Positions 20,419 to 42,200 are shown, counted from the stretch's first letter. The stretch is DNA of 64,000 bases from Antechinus flavipes (GCF_016432865.1 NC_067399.1:390662001-390726000); one strand, 5' to 3'. Numbers and translations are program-made. The notes: generated by a model not told the origin, from the sequence alone.

Positions 20419-23030
20419 ATGTCGGAATTGCAACCAGGACCAGAGCCCCAACATGGGCTGTACATGCTGTTCCTTCTCGTGCTGGTCTTCTTTCTCATGG
20501 GCCTTGTGGGGTTCATGATCTGCCATGTACTCAAGAAGAAGGGTTATCGTTGTCGAACATCAAGAGGTTCAGAGCCTGAGGATGCCCAGCTACAGCTGCG
20601 TGAGTGTGGAAAAAGATGAGGAACCCCATTATAAGGGATGAATCTTCTTTCTTATATGTCCAAACCGCATTTAGATGTGCCACATGCATGCACATTTCAC
20701 TAATACTCCTCACTGCACCTTATCCAGGTCCTTTTTCTTCTCTCCTGCTCCTGATGGGACTTTGATTTCCCTGGTGCTACCTAGCAGCAGAGAGACTCAC
20801 CTCCCTTTTTGCTCCCCTGCTACCCATAACTCATAGCTCATATTTCAAGAACCTAAGGCAGGGACAGTTTTTGCGAGTTTATTTGGGAGGATTTAACATA
20901 CAGTGAGTTCAATAAGAGTTCAATAACTACAAGGCAAAAAACACAGTGACTCTGAGGTCCTGGTGAATTATTTTGTAAACATGCTAGCTAATTACTCCTG
21001 AAATTATATGGAATGGGCTGGAACAGAACCTTTGGGAAAGTGGAAAGGGGACAGGAGAAAGAGAATGGTATCTGTCAAATTTTGGCAAATCTCCACCCAC
21101 TCACCTTTCTGATTTAACTTCCTCACTTATAAAATGAAGGAATTATACTCTATGCCCTCTAAAGTTCCTTGCAGTTCTACAGCTATAATCCTATGATGGC
21201 CACTGACTTGAAGCACCAATGTTGTTAGAAAGTCAAATAAAATGGTCATGGAAATAAAAGGAAGAATCCTCAGGACAGTGACTGAGTTGGCCCAAGTTGC
21301 CTTGTCCTTAATGTTGACACCTTTCCTCACCTCCACAGCAGATGATGAGGATGTGAATGAGGATACAGTAGAAAGGATTGTTCAATGCATCATCCAAAAT
21401 GAAGGTAAGTGCTCCCTGACATTTGTTCTTTAATCTTTGCCCCATTCCTATATCCAGGACATCCTCTTGCCCCTTCTCTTTCACAGCTAATGCTGAGGCC
21501 TTGAAAGAGATGCTTGGGGATAGTGAAGGTGAAGCAACAGTACAACTATCCAGGTGAGTTGGAAGTGTGGAGAATTTCCCCAAATACTGGTCAGAAAAAG
21601 TTTCTTCTTAATAGCTGTCCCCTGTTAAAGTCACAACTTAATCAGTTGAAGAGTGTGATTTAATGTGCTTCTAAGATTGTTCTGAAGTAACTTTTCCATA
21701 CAAGTATCACTTTGTGAACCCCATCATTCATTCCTTAGGTTAATCATTGAGTCCACAATGTAACTTCCTTGGATTTAAATAACCTTAAGAGACAAAGTAC
21801 TGTCCCGAGTTTCCTAGTGAATCAGATTTTGGAGAGAATAGGACAGATAGAAAGGTTGGGGGTGGGGATTATGGAGGGCACTGGAGAGAGAATTAAGGAA
21901 GGCAGGCACCCAAACCTCACAATTTTGATTGTCCAGATAAAAGGACCCCCAGGGAAAAGGGAATACAAATATGACTGAAAAGGACTCTCCTGTATTCCCT
22001 CAGCCTTGACGGTGCTCCTAGCCTGCAGGATGGGACTCCATCTCACCATCATACAGTTCATCTGGGCTCGGCTGCCCCTTGTATCCACTGCAGCCGAAAC
22101 AAGAGGCCACCTCTCGTCCGACAGGGCCGATCCAAAGAAGGCAAAGGCCGTACTAGGCCAGGGGAAACTACAGTGTTCTCTGTGGGCAGGTGTGCATGGG
22201 GCACCCAAAGAGGAGGGGGACAGAGTTCAGGGCCTCCCATTAAGATGGCAGATTTTCTAAGACAGCTGGAGTAGCTGAGAGACATATCCAAGTTCCCTTA
22301 ATACTATTCCCCTCTTGTACTGGAGAGTAGGGGGAGATGAGGGTTTCCAGTCAGGAAGTACTCTTGGAATTCCAAGACTCACCTATCTGCTGAGATTGCT
22401 TTTGCTGTCAGAAGCTATCAGATACCAACCGTGGGGGAGCAGTATTGGGAGAATGGGTTCAGAGAGCCTCCAGTAGCCCTGCCCCTTCTCTCCCAGGTTC
22501 CGGGTAACACACATTGAGAAGAGGTTTGGGCTGCATGACCATCGGGATGGCTCACCCACGGATAGAAGCTGGGGTTCCAGTGGTGAGCAGGACCCAGGGG
22601 GTGGCCAGAGTTCGGGGAAAGGGCAGATTGGGACTGGACCTCCTGCCATAGAGAGACTTCCAGCATCAGGGCCAGAGGCTGGCCTATCTAGTCCTCCTGT
22701 ACAGAATGGGGGCCTCAGAGAAAGGAGCCTCACCCCCTCTCTGATTGAGGCACCCTCTGGAGCCATGGAAAACCTGGAGACAACAGCCAGAGGGGACACA
22801 AGGCCAGCGTTGCCCAGAAGGGAAACTAACGGACAACCAGCCAAACTGGATGCCTCAGATCTCCAGGTAGGCAGAAGTCAAATGTGTGCATAGCAAAATC
22901 AAGGGGGGTGGAGCCACTGGGTAAAGCTACTGTCCCTGCTTCCTAAGCCATTTTCTGAATAGATAAAGTTAAAGAGCTCTTTCTTTCTTTATCTCAGGTG
23001 TCACCACCAGGCGACTCAGGAGGAGTGTGA
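20419..23030 (+). CDS. RELL2: RELT-like protein 2, complete, 6 coding exons, 300 aa
   Basis: Exons: 20419-20599, 21339-21404, 21487-21553, 22004-22189, 22497-22866, 22998-23030; 903 nt in frame. N-terminal transmembrane segment LYMLFLLVLVFFLMGLVGFMIC followed by KKKGYRCR. Also EDTVERIVQCIIQNEANAEAL and the RFRV (SPAK/OSR1-binding RFxV) motif across exons 4/5. Confidence 0.97.
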
Positions 23031-23684
23031 GGTGAGTCTAGCCCTTCCAATATAGCTTTGCTTTCAGGGAATGGGGAGTGGGGAACCCCACCACTTCCCT
23101 AAATTATAAGGTAAACTGAACACTTCAGCCTGTGATGCTGATTTTAAGGAGGGAGGGGCTAAGGGCACCACTGCATGCAGAAGGGAAGGACAACTAGAAG
23201 TAGAGTGTGAGTTGGGAGGTGGAGAAAGAGGCTAGAATTGACAGGAAGAGTATCCCCTCCCTCTCCTTTTCTCTAAGCTTCATCTTCACTCTCTACTGCA
23301 AGGATCAGTAGCTGGCTGGGCAGGGAAGAGGGGCAAGCATGAAGTTCCTCCTCACTCTGAGACAGCATTGCCCTCTAGGAAAACAGAACAACTCTTGTTC
23401 CCTGGGGGCTGTATTATCTCAGGCTGGGAATGCAGAGAGTGGTCCACAGCCTCTTAATCCTTTCCCTTCACTGCATCTCCAGCCTAAGACAGGTCAAAGG
23501 TGAGGAGAAGTTGCCCCTACATTCACCCCAGGCTCCCTCCTCCTCCATCAACTCGCTCCATCTGCTTGAGTGTGGCATTTGGGAGCAGGCCCTATGCTCA
23601 AGATGGGCACCTGAAGCAATACTCCCCACTAGGCCTCCCTCTCAGCACACAAAAGCTCAGGCACTGGCTTGGGCTCCTTGCCCC

Positions 23685-23690
23685 TTTATT
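23685..23690 (-). terminator. FCHSD1: FCHSD1 polyadenylation signal
   Basis: AATAAA on the minus strand, about 335 nt after the stop codon. Confidence 0.65.
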
Positions 23691-23698
23691 GCACTGTC

Positions 23699-23704
23699 AA
23701 TAAA
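23699..23704 (+). terminator. RELL2: RELL2 polyadenylation signal
   Basis: AATAAA on the plus strand, downstream of a probable non-coding last exon (acceptor ctgcatctccag at 23482). Confidence 0.6.
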
Positions 23705-24025
23705 TCAGCTCAGACTATTACAGCGGATCTGCACACTGGTTCCCACGACTTCTGACCCCTCCCCCCAACCCATGGGGGGCAAGGGGAGGGGAGAGGGAGG
23801 TGGGTGGTGGGACAAGTCACAAGTGGCCACAGCCTCAGGAAGGCAACCTGAAACACAGGAAACCTGACCCATCTATACTGCCTAGGTGTCCTAGGGCCCT
23901 GCCCCAGCCTTGGCTTCCGCAGGGGAGATGAGGTTGGGGAGAGGTCATCACACACTTTCTCTGGTGGCAGCCACTCAGCAGTTGGGAGGCATCGATAAGG
24001 AGGAGGCTGGGACTCCCCACTGGGC

Positions 24026-32600
<8,575 letters not shown>

Positions 32601-32739
32601 TTCCAGGCGCTGATGCTCTCTTCAAGCTGATCCTCCCCCCAGTCGTATATAACTTAAATTTAACCCAAGGTTCTCTCCATCCCCTCAACCCGTTTCTTAG
32701 GGGAAGCGAAGGCAAGCATCTAGCCGTTTGTTTTCAAAG

Positions 32740-32745
32740 TTTATT
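32740..32745 (-). terminator. ARAP3: ARAP3 polyadenylation signal
   Basis: AATAAA on the minus strand, about 520 nt after the stop codon. Confidence 0.7.
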
Positions 32746-32864
32746 CAACGGATTCCCCCCCAGCCTGGCTGCCTGCGTGCAAACATCCCAACCCATCAAG
32801 CCTTCTGACACAGAGGTTCTCGGGAGGCTTGGAACATCGGAACGGGGTCCCGGAAGGGACCTGA

Positions 32865-32990
32865 GCAATCTCTTCAGCCCTCTTATTTTACAGATGAGGA
32901 AACTGAGGTCCAGAGAGAGGAAGGAGCGTGTCAAGGTCACAGAACTAGTTGGTGACAGAGTGGTGCTGGAGCTCAGATTCACTGACTCAT
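32865..32990 (+). mobile_element. MIR core inside the ARAP3 3'UTR (strand given for the visible motif; the element is on the minus strand)
   Basis: atttacagatgaggaaactgaggtccagaga...aaggtcacaga lies between the ARAP3 stop codon and its polyA signal. Confidence 0.65.
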
Positions 32991-33262
32991 CCTTTCTACT
33001 CTATCAGGCCACACAGGATTTTCCGGGCCAGGGAGGGAACCCCTCCCTGCTCTGGGGCTGAGGGAGTTCCCCTATGTGCTATAGGTAGGTAGGAGCCTGG
33101 AGTCTCTAGAATATAAGCTTCTTGAAGACAGGAACTTTTTAATCCCTTCTTTATCTTTGTCTCCAACCTTAAACTTAGTCCCTCTGAGAGTAGACACTTA
33201 AAATGTTTGTTGTCCTTTGTCCGTGAGTATCAAGCCCTTCTACCTCCCCATCCTAGAGATGG

Positions 33263-36200
33263 TTACCGGTCATGTAAGGGGCTGGCCAGAGGGGGAATGG
33301 GAATTACAGGGAGATTTGGGAGAGTGTCCAGGAGTTTGTATAGGGTGGTTGGTGGGTTAGAAGTCTGTATTGGGGGGCTGGGAGGCTGAGAGGCTGGAAG
33401 ACTGGGAGCAGAGGCCTCCCCCTTTCGCAGAATCAACGAGTTTAGCTCCTGAACTAATTTATCTTCCAGAGACAAATGATGTTGAAAGCTGGTTTTCCGA
33501 GGGGGACCAGGAGGTAGCTCTGGAGGCCCCCTCTCTTGTCCAAGGGAGCTTGACTTGGAAAGTGGGGGTCGGTCACTCTGTAGGTTTTGGCTTTGCTCTG
33601 GAAATGCAGTCTGGCTGGTGGAGGGATCCCCAGGGACATCTGGTTTAAATGTCCGGTCCAGTGGAAGAGGAGAGTCCTTGGTCAGTTCAGGGAAGGCCCC
33701 TACCTCTTCATATACTGGTTCCTCAGCCTCTTCTTGCTCTTCCACAGAATCCTGAGACAGCTTTAGAGGCTGGATGTGTAATGGATGGAATATTAGGCTT
33801 CCAGGGATAGCTCTTATCCCCCTAAGGATCCCTCCCCTCGATAATCTACTGCCCCAGAAGCTCTCCCCCAACCCCAGAATCATGCTCCCAGTTTCACAGA
33901 GAGACCAGTATTCAGCACATCAGGATCACATAGAAATCCCCTGGTTTGGGGTGGGCACAGAGGAACACAGGAGGGCACATGGCATTGGGGGAAAGAGGAG
34001 ACAATACTCACAAAAAACATGGACAGTGTCCTCCGGTTGTGCAGTCGGCGCTGAAAATGGGCAGTAGGGGTGGGAAAGACACAGTGAGCAACAACACAAA
34101 GAGCCGAGCAGGGGGAATGGGAACATTGAGACACTGAGCAGGGAGTGGGCATAAAGGATGATGGATGTCATTGGAAGGCAACACGCTGCCTTATACCTCT
34201 CCTTATGTGATTAGGATCACCCAGCTCTGAGCTTGCAAAGCTTGGCCATAAAGGAACAAAGTGCAGGGAGTTGTGCCCTGGGGAGAGGAGCTGGGTCCAG
34301 GAAGGGTGCCCGGATTAGGGAAGGGTCATACCAGCGTCTGGTTGGCAGAGAGTAGAGTAGCACCAGTGTCATCACCTCGAATGGGCAGCAGGGGCATCGT
34401 GCCAAATTTCTGCCGGGCAAGGTCGGAAGAAGAATGCCGACGTAGGACCACAGGCTGCAGGTCGTCGTGCTGGGCAGGGATGTGGAAAGCATTAATGGGT
34501 ATGAGCCAGCTCACAAGGCATGTGTGAAGACTGTTATGGGGAGCACGAGCTCTCCTCCCCTCCTCAGCTTCTATTTACCTGTGCTTTAAGAATGCTGGTT
34601 GTCCAGTCCCACATTTCCTCCTCATCTGTGCAGGACAGGTAGCTGAGGAGTGATCAGAAAAAGGAGAGAATGAAAGTGGCTGAACATAGACACTGAATTG
34701 GGGCAGGGGCAGGAACCCAACATTTTTACCCTTTATCAGTCTATAAGGCAAGAAGTAAAAGTAAAGAGAGAGTCAAGGGGAAAAGAGGAATGGGGGGAGT
34801 GGGAGAGTGGATAGAGCAAGAGGGGGTGGGGAATGGAAGGAAACTGGAATAGATGGTGATACTCACAGTTGCAACTTCTCCAGAATCAATGTAAACCCCC
34901 ATCTAGAAATCAAGGGAGAGCAATGTTGAGGAGAAAGAAGAGGGACATCTAGAGGTATGAAAATGTATGTATGGGGATAAAGACAAGGGCTTGGGGTGAC
35001 TCACGGTGTTGGTGGCTTTAGCTTTCGACGTATTCCTAGATAAACTTTTGCCCCGTCCAAAGACCATTCTCTCTCTGGCTTAGAACTCTGGAGACAAAGT
35101 CAGGGATGCCATTCAGCCAATGAGAAATAACTGGGTTCTCCTCCTCTCTGCCCAAGGTGACCATACCAAGTCCAAGCCCCCAACCCTGGGGCCTCTGGGA
35201 TGATAAGGACAGGATGGGGAAGACTGTAGCATCATCTCAGGGGCATATGGAAGATCATCTCTGGGATGGGATTTGGGAGCTCTGAAGAGAAGGGGAGTTT
35301 GTACCCTTTTCTCCTTGAGCAGCAACAGGCAGCGTCCCCGAAGTAGGAAGAACCTTTCCTGAAAACGACTTCCTAGCAACTTGGGGGGCTCTTCCCGGCA
35401 CCGAAGCAGACCTACCCGGGGACTCTCCCGACGCATACCTGGGCACAGATGGACAAGTGATGGACCAAAGAAACTAGGGAGGGGGGGGTCATCCAAGGAT
35501 AAGTGGTTCAGCGCTCTGTGGGTGGGCTCTACTCTATAGTATTGGGGGTAACACAGGACTGAGAGGGCTGGACTCCCTCACCTGTGAAGAGGCAGCTGGC
35601 CTGGGCTAAGGAAACCCTGCGCAGCAACAGGGAAGCAGAGCCTGGTTCAGGGAGCTGACACCACTGCAGGGCCTGTTCTAGAACCCGTTCCTTTGGGTGA
35701 AGTGGCCGCTCTGGAAGGTGAAGCACAAAGGTTAGAGGAGCTCAGTCCCAACCCATGACTCGGAACCCCTTCCACCCTCGGCCCGACTCACCAAGCTCTC
35801 CGTGCTCTCGGATCTCAAATGTCAGCCACAGGTCTGTTCCGGCTGTTGCTCCCCTCATCTCTAGTACCTGATTTGTCAGCTCCTCAGCAGTCAGTGTTGG
35901 GGAAACCTGAGGCCAAAGAAATACAGCAGGGGACGGGCTGCAGTTCTCAGTCTCCCTTCACCTTTTCCATCCTCATGTTTCCTATCCACTCCTCTCAAAA
36001 CTGACCTTCAGGGTGACACAGTTGTCTGGTAGCTGCTGCTCCAAGTAAACTTCCATGATGATATCGCCAGCTTGTGACAGCTTTGGGAGGGAGTGGGGGT
36101 GTCAGGAAGGAAGTAATCAGTGAAAGAGTAGAGAGGCAGATGTGGGTAAATGGTTGGGCTCAGAGGCCCCTTCTTTGCTCTTCATATCACTGGCCATACT

Positions 36201-39200
36201 TAAGCCACATTGCTGTAGTGTCCTCTGGCCCTTATGCTTGGGGTTAGGACAAGGGAATCAATTGGAACTATCATTTGGAATCTTTTTTTTTCCCTGAGGC
36301 AATTAAGGTTAAGTGACTTGCCAAGAGTCACACAGCTAGGAAATGTTAAGTGTGTGAGAGCAGATTTGAACTCAAGTCCTCCTGACTTCAGAGCCACTGC
36401 TCTAGCCACTATGCCATTTAGCTGCCCCACTTTGGAATCTCTTAAAAACTTTAAAGATTGGAGAATGAAGGTGGGATTGTGATTGGGGTGAGGAATGAGT
36501 CAGAGAGTCAAAAGAGAAGGAGATAACTCCATATCTTAAGGTTCAAAGAAAATAGGGAAGGGATCCAGAGGGGAATTTTGGAGGACTCTCCTGTTCTAGC
36601 CAGAGAATCAGCATCTTCTTTTGATGATCCCCAATATTGTAAGTGAAGATCTGGGCCTACTTACCTGCACATCCTTCCAGGTAGTTATGAGACTGACTTC
36701 CAAGTCAATCTGAGCCACTTGGTCTGAATCAATCTGTGGAATAATAAGAGGCACTGGGAAGAACTGGGAACTACTGGAGCATAAAGAAAACTAATAAAGT
36801 TTCTGGGTGGTGGGATAATAATAGTAAATGACATTTATAAAGCACTTCAGTGCTTTACAAATGTGATCTCATTTAATTCTCACAATAACCAAAGTCATAG
36901 GTAGATGCTATTCTTATCTTCATTTTGCGGCTGAAGAAACAGCCAGCCAGAGGTTAAGTGACTTCCCCAGAGTCACAGAGCTCATAAATATCTAGATTTG
37001 AATTCAGGTTTTTCTGAGTTTAGATAAATCCAGGGTCTTACGCATTTTAACACTTGGTTTTCAATCTAAGAGCCCTGGAGAAAATCAGAATATGCTTATT
37101 TTACATATAGGGTCAGCGATCAGCAGTTGAGGGTCAGATATGAGGAAACTATCAGAAAAGATGAAATATATAATCCTTTCATTCATGGGCTACTGGTTAG
37201 GGTAGGATGTGGGGAAGGGAGAAGTATCTGGAAATATCTGCCAATAAAGTATACAACATATTTTATATATATAAAATAAAACATAAATTAAAAAAAACCA
37301 AGGCCACAGTAACAGAGTCATGACAGCATGGTCAGAGAGGTGAAGTCTTGGGAAGAACAGTTAGTTACAGGCCTTAGGGAAAGGAAAAAGAGATGGCTAC
37401 TGATACTGGGGACTGGTGAAGGAGAGAAGGATTGAAAAGCATTGAGACTGAGGGTGTGCAATGTCAACAGATCAGAGAATCACCGAAGCTGGGAAGGGCC
37501 TTACATCAAAGACAGACACATAGTTGTCGATGAGCTCCTGCAGCACCCGAACCTCGTGCTCCCCTCGCCCGTCTGTCTGGAACACGCTTGGTGCAAACAA
37601 CAGGGCCAGGTTCCGAGTACACATCTGGTTCAGACTTGCACATTTCTGCACCCTGAGAAAGAAGCACAAGAGTCCACTAACAGCATCCAATTGTAGACTG
37701 AAGCCAATGGCTGCAGTCTTTTAGGAGACCATTATGGGCAATGAGTTAAAAAACATGGCAAGATCAGCTCGGGAGATGAAGGAACACGGCACTAGACTGA
37801 CCGGTAGAGGTGACCAATGAGGGTGGACAGTGTCCTGTGGTTGACCTTGGGCAGGCATCCAATCACTTCCTTATATCGCTCCAGCCGCTGAGACTTCTGG
37901 GGTAACTCTGAAAACAGGAATAGGATGGGGGGTGAGGAAGGCAAAGTTTGGGGGATGGGGGTTCTAGAAACAGACAGAGATGGGGTTGGGGGCACTCCAG
38001 GTACAGCTAAGGATGATTGAGGTTCATCTCCCAGTCATGTCTGTATGACCATCCCATCCCCATCTCCAGATGGAGAAGTCGAGGGATTAGTGGGAAGAGA
38101 AGGCTCTTAGGAGGGTCTGAATTGCTTGTGGCAAGTTTCCAGGAAGTCTTTTGAGTTACCTGCAGCCTCCCTCCATCGAGGTAACAAGCGTGCAGAGGTC
38201 ACAGGGTCATCCAGCTCCCGGAAGAAGCGTTTGAGTGTGTCTGTGACATCTTCCACAAAGTGCTCTCCTGGTCGGAGCTTCACTGACCGCGCATCCTGCC
38301 GGAACTCGGCCAGGAGCCGGAGACTGCGCGCCCGAGCACCCCCCTTCCTATATACACCCTCCAAGCGCAGACCTGCGGACACCCCCATCACAGGCCATGG
38401 CACCTTGCGACCTTCCAGCCTCGTTCTCATTCCTCAGCTGCCCTCCAACCTCCATGTGCCCAGGGCCCATCTTCCATGCCCTCAGACAGTGCTCTGGGTG
38501 CTGGGCGAAGTTAACAGAGCCTAGTTCCAGGGGTGCTCCCCATCGGCTCTGCGGAACTGCTCCCCTGCCGCTCCCCTTCCCCTCCTCACCATGCTGAGTG
38601 ACAAAGCTGATGCAGGCGTCCACAATGATGGGGATGTCTCCACGACTCATCTGTTGCCCTTGCAGCGCCGTGCCCCCCCCACCGGCTGCTCCTCCGATGG
38701 CGCTGCTCCAGCCAGCAAAGTCTATGCGCCCTTCCCCCTGCAGATACAGGGTCCTGAGACCCAAGGAGACTGGGTCAGAGCAGGGGAGAGGGAGGGGCGC
38801 AACGTGGGCTGGCAGCGAGCATCTGAGCCAAAATGCCAGAGGCTTAGAACTTCCCAGCAGAGAGGGCCCTCAGCGCTCATCTGGGCTGAGCAAGAACCCC
38901 TCCAAATGCTGCCCCAGACAAATGGCAATTCAGTGTCTACTTAAAGAACCCCCGAAATGAGGAAGTGACTACTTCCTGTGGCAGGCCAATCCATCTGGGA
39001 GCAGCTCGTTCTCAGGCCTCAGGTCCTCCGGCCAGCAACAGGGGGCAGGAGAGCCCAATCTGACCGGCCCAGAGCAGGCCGAGGGCAGGGAGCGCTGGGC
39101 AGTGCCACCAGAACGAGGCTACACGTGGCCAGAGCATGGAGGAGGCAGCCAAGGCGGGGTGGGCTGGGTGGGCCCAGCGCCTGCAAAGGCTCTCACCTTC

Positions 39201-42200
39201 CCGTCTCCACTAGGACCAGATGGTCCTTCTTATCAGGGCTGTCACCTGCAGACACCACGCCTGGAAGAGGAGGGAGAAAAGTGACCCTCCGAGGAGAGAC
39301 CAGGGCTCTTCCTTCAGTCCCTGTTTCCTCCAATTCCTCCCGCCCTCTCCACACCGCCCACCCCAAGCTCACTGATCTCCTGCAGTCTTCGCAGGTGCAC
39401 AGTGTCCTCAGGGGCTGAGGAGCCGGGGCCTGGTGCTGGGCACAGGAATAGGTGGTCGCCTCGGAGGAGGCCGAAGGCCGACAGCCAGAGGCCTTGGGTC
39501 AGCGCAGTCTGAGAGGGGGACCGCAACCATAAACGGCCGAGCCGTAGCAGGCCAGGGCCCAGGAGCTGGTGGCAACTTAGTGGGGAGAACCACTACGGGT
39601 GAAGGGAAAGTGAAGACATGGAGGGAGGAGCAATAAGAGCAAGACATCAGGTGAAATGTGGAGAGATGAGGGGAAAGATAAAAAAAGGAAAGATGGAAAG
39701 GTACGGGGAGAGATGAAAAATCAAAGGAAAGAGACAAAAATGGAAACATTAATTACTTCATCTGGGAATAGAGACGCAGGGGATGGTGTTATTGGGGTGC
39801 TGTGGGACTTCATCATCTCCTCTTTGGGAAGGCCATAGGCCCGGGTTTGGGAGCCCATGGCGTGTGGATCTATGGTGATGGGGAAAGGATATCCGTGAAA
39901 GGTATAGTAGAACATTATAAAGCGAACTCCTAGTTCTGATTCACCTTGCCCACTGCTCTGGTCCAGGCCTCCAGACTATCAGCTCCATCAGCTCCAAAGT
40001 ATTGGACCCTTTCTCCAGTCAGAATGAGTTCAAAGGAGAATGGGAACCTAGGGGCATAGAGGTGGGGAAATGAAGCAGGAAAAACTACAGAGAAGAGGAA
40101 GGAGTATAGACAGGAAGAAAAGACCATTAAAGTACTTGGAGGGCTACCTGTCAAGGTCCCCTGGGTCAACTGGTGGGGGACTTACACCCAGACACACCAC
40201 ATCCTGTGGCTGAATCAGACCGATTGGCTCTAGGCTGGTCTCTGATGAAAACATCTCCAGAGCTGCACCCAGCACACACCACAGCCTGGGGGGCGCTGCA
40301 AAAATGAGAGGCACCATGGATTGGACAGCATTCTCCATCTCTAAACATCTCTGTAAGCCTTCCCAGTGTGATCCCTCCCCATCAGTATCAGGTGTTCGCA
40401 AGCCCCAATCCCACCTCCAGAACCACTCCTGCTCTCCCCCAACTCTCCTGCCAGGGCCACCCTTTCTCACCATCCCGGCCCCGGCGGTGGGGCGGAGGTC
40501 CAGGTTTGCTGCTGACTGGACTGCAGTACAAAAAGCCACTTAGTGCAGCAGCCGGTACTAGGACTTCATTGTACACACCAGGGGATGAGTCTGAAGGGTG
40601 ACATGGGGCGGGGGGGGGGAGTTTAGACCAGAATATTAGTATAGAAAGTGTGAACCCTGGCCTCGCTTTAATTATAATGGGAGCATGTCCCAGATTCTTC
40701 AATTTCTCACCCACCCAACTGAAGTCTGGGATGGAGGGCAGAATGTGAGATGGGTGGTAAAGTGGTGAGTCCTATTTACTGCCCCCTCAAACAGTAATTC
40801 CATTCAACTATAGATGGATGAATCCTATATGAAAGTGACCATTATTTAACTGTAGATTTTTCTGCAAGTGAGACCCAAAGGGATTATAAAGGAAGGATCC
40901 AGGACTGAGAGAACTTAGAGGAAAGCCTGGGAGGATATGTCAAAGCTAGAGAAAGGCTTTGACCTAGAGGGTCGGAGGTAGGATCCTTAGGAAGTCACCA
41001 GAAAGGGATTACCTAAAGTGAGGAGATTAGAGAAACTGCCTTCAGAGCATGGTTCTTCATGTGAGAAGAGCTGAATCATGTTTTTCAACAAGTTGGGTCC
41101 CGTCACAGCTGTACATAGTGCCTGCGTGAGGAAGTGGGCAGCCATCAATTACTTTCCACTGTAGCTAACACCTTCTCTCAAATCCACAGAGCACAGCCCC
41201 AAACTGCCTTCCTCAAACTGACCCCTCCATCCTCCCTGCCCCTCCCACCTGCAGCAGCTGACTGTGGTCAGGGTACTGAGGATGGGGTGCCCGAAAGAGT
41301 CCAAGCCGATATTTGCGGGAGATGAAGTCCCCACGGGGTCCTGGAGGAGTGTCTGGATGCAGCCCTCCTCCTGGGGGCAGTCCCTTTATCCAGAAGCGGT
41401 TGGCTCCATCATTGCCCAGGATGAGGAAAAGCTTGACAGATGAAGAGGAAATCAGAGGGGCTGTGGTAAATGGTTACAGTAGGGGCCAATTTTCTCAGAT
41501 CTCCAGCTCCCTGAGATACCCCAAGTCCTTTTTGTTTTTTCAAACACTCTCCTTTGGGTCACCCAACCTCTTCCATTAATCACCTGTGCTTTCAACTTTT
41601 TCACTAGTCACCTTTACCTGCACAATCTCATTGCTCCAGATGCTTGTGTCCAGTTTCAGACTTTGCACTTTAGACACCCCAGAGCCCAGAGCTCGATGCT
41701 GTCCTAGAAGAAAGCAGATGGCTTGAACATTCTCAGCTGTGGAGAAAGAACTCCCACTGCCCTCCTCTCCTCAGAAGCATCTCCTTGCCCTCGCTCTTCC
41801 TGTCCCTGGGCCAGTGTTCCTCACCTGCACAGTGCTTGCAGATAACCACTCCCAGATTGATTGAGGCCCAGTCAGGACGAGGTGCTCCACAGTCTGCACA
41901 TTGTCGGTTTGCTCGGTTGGACCAGATTTTTTCAGCCACTTCATAGTCAGACAGTGTCTCGGTGATGGCCTCCTGCAGTGCAGTTGCCCAGACCTGGCGA
42001 GTACTAGCTGACTCCGCTGTGAAGCTGGGAGGTATATTTGAGCCAGCTTATCAGACCCACCTTGTATCTTCCTACAGACCCATCTTCAAACCCTCCTGCT
42101 TCCACTGGCTCCCTGGAGGCAGCTATTAGTAATTTCAGCACCAGCTATCCAAAAGGAGTGGATGGCCTTGGAGGTGGTAAGGCTCTCCCTCACAAAAAAG

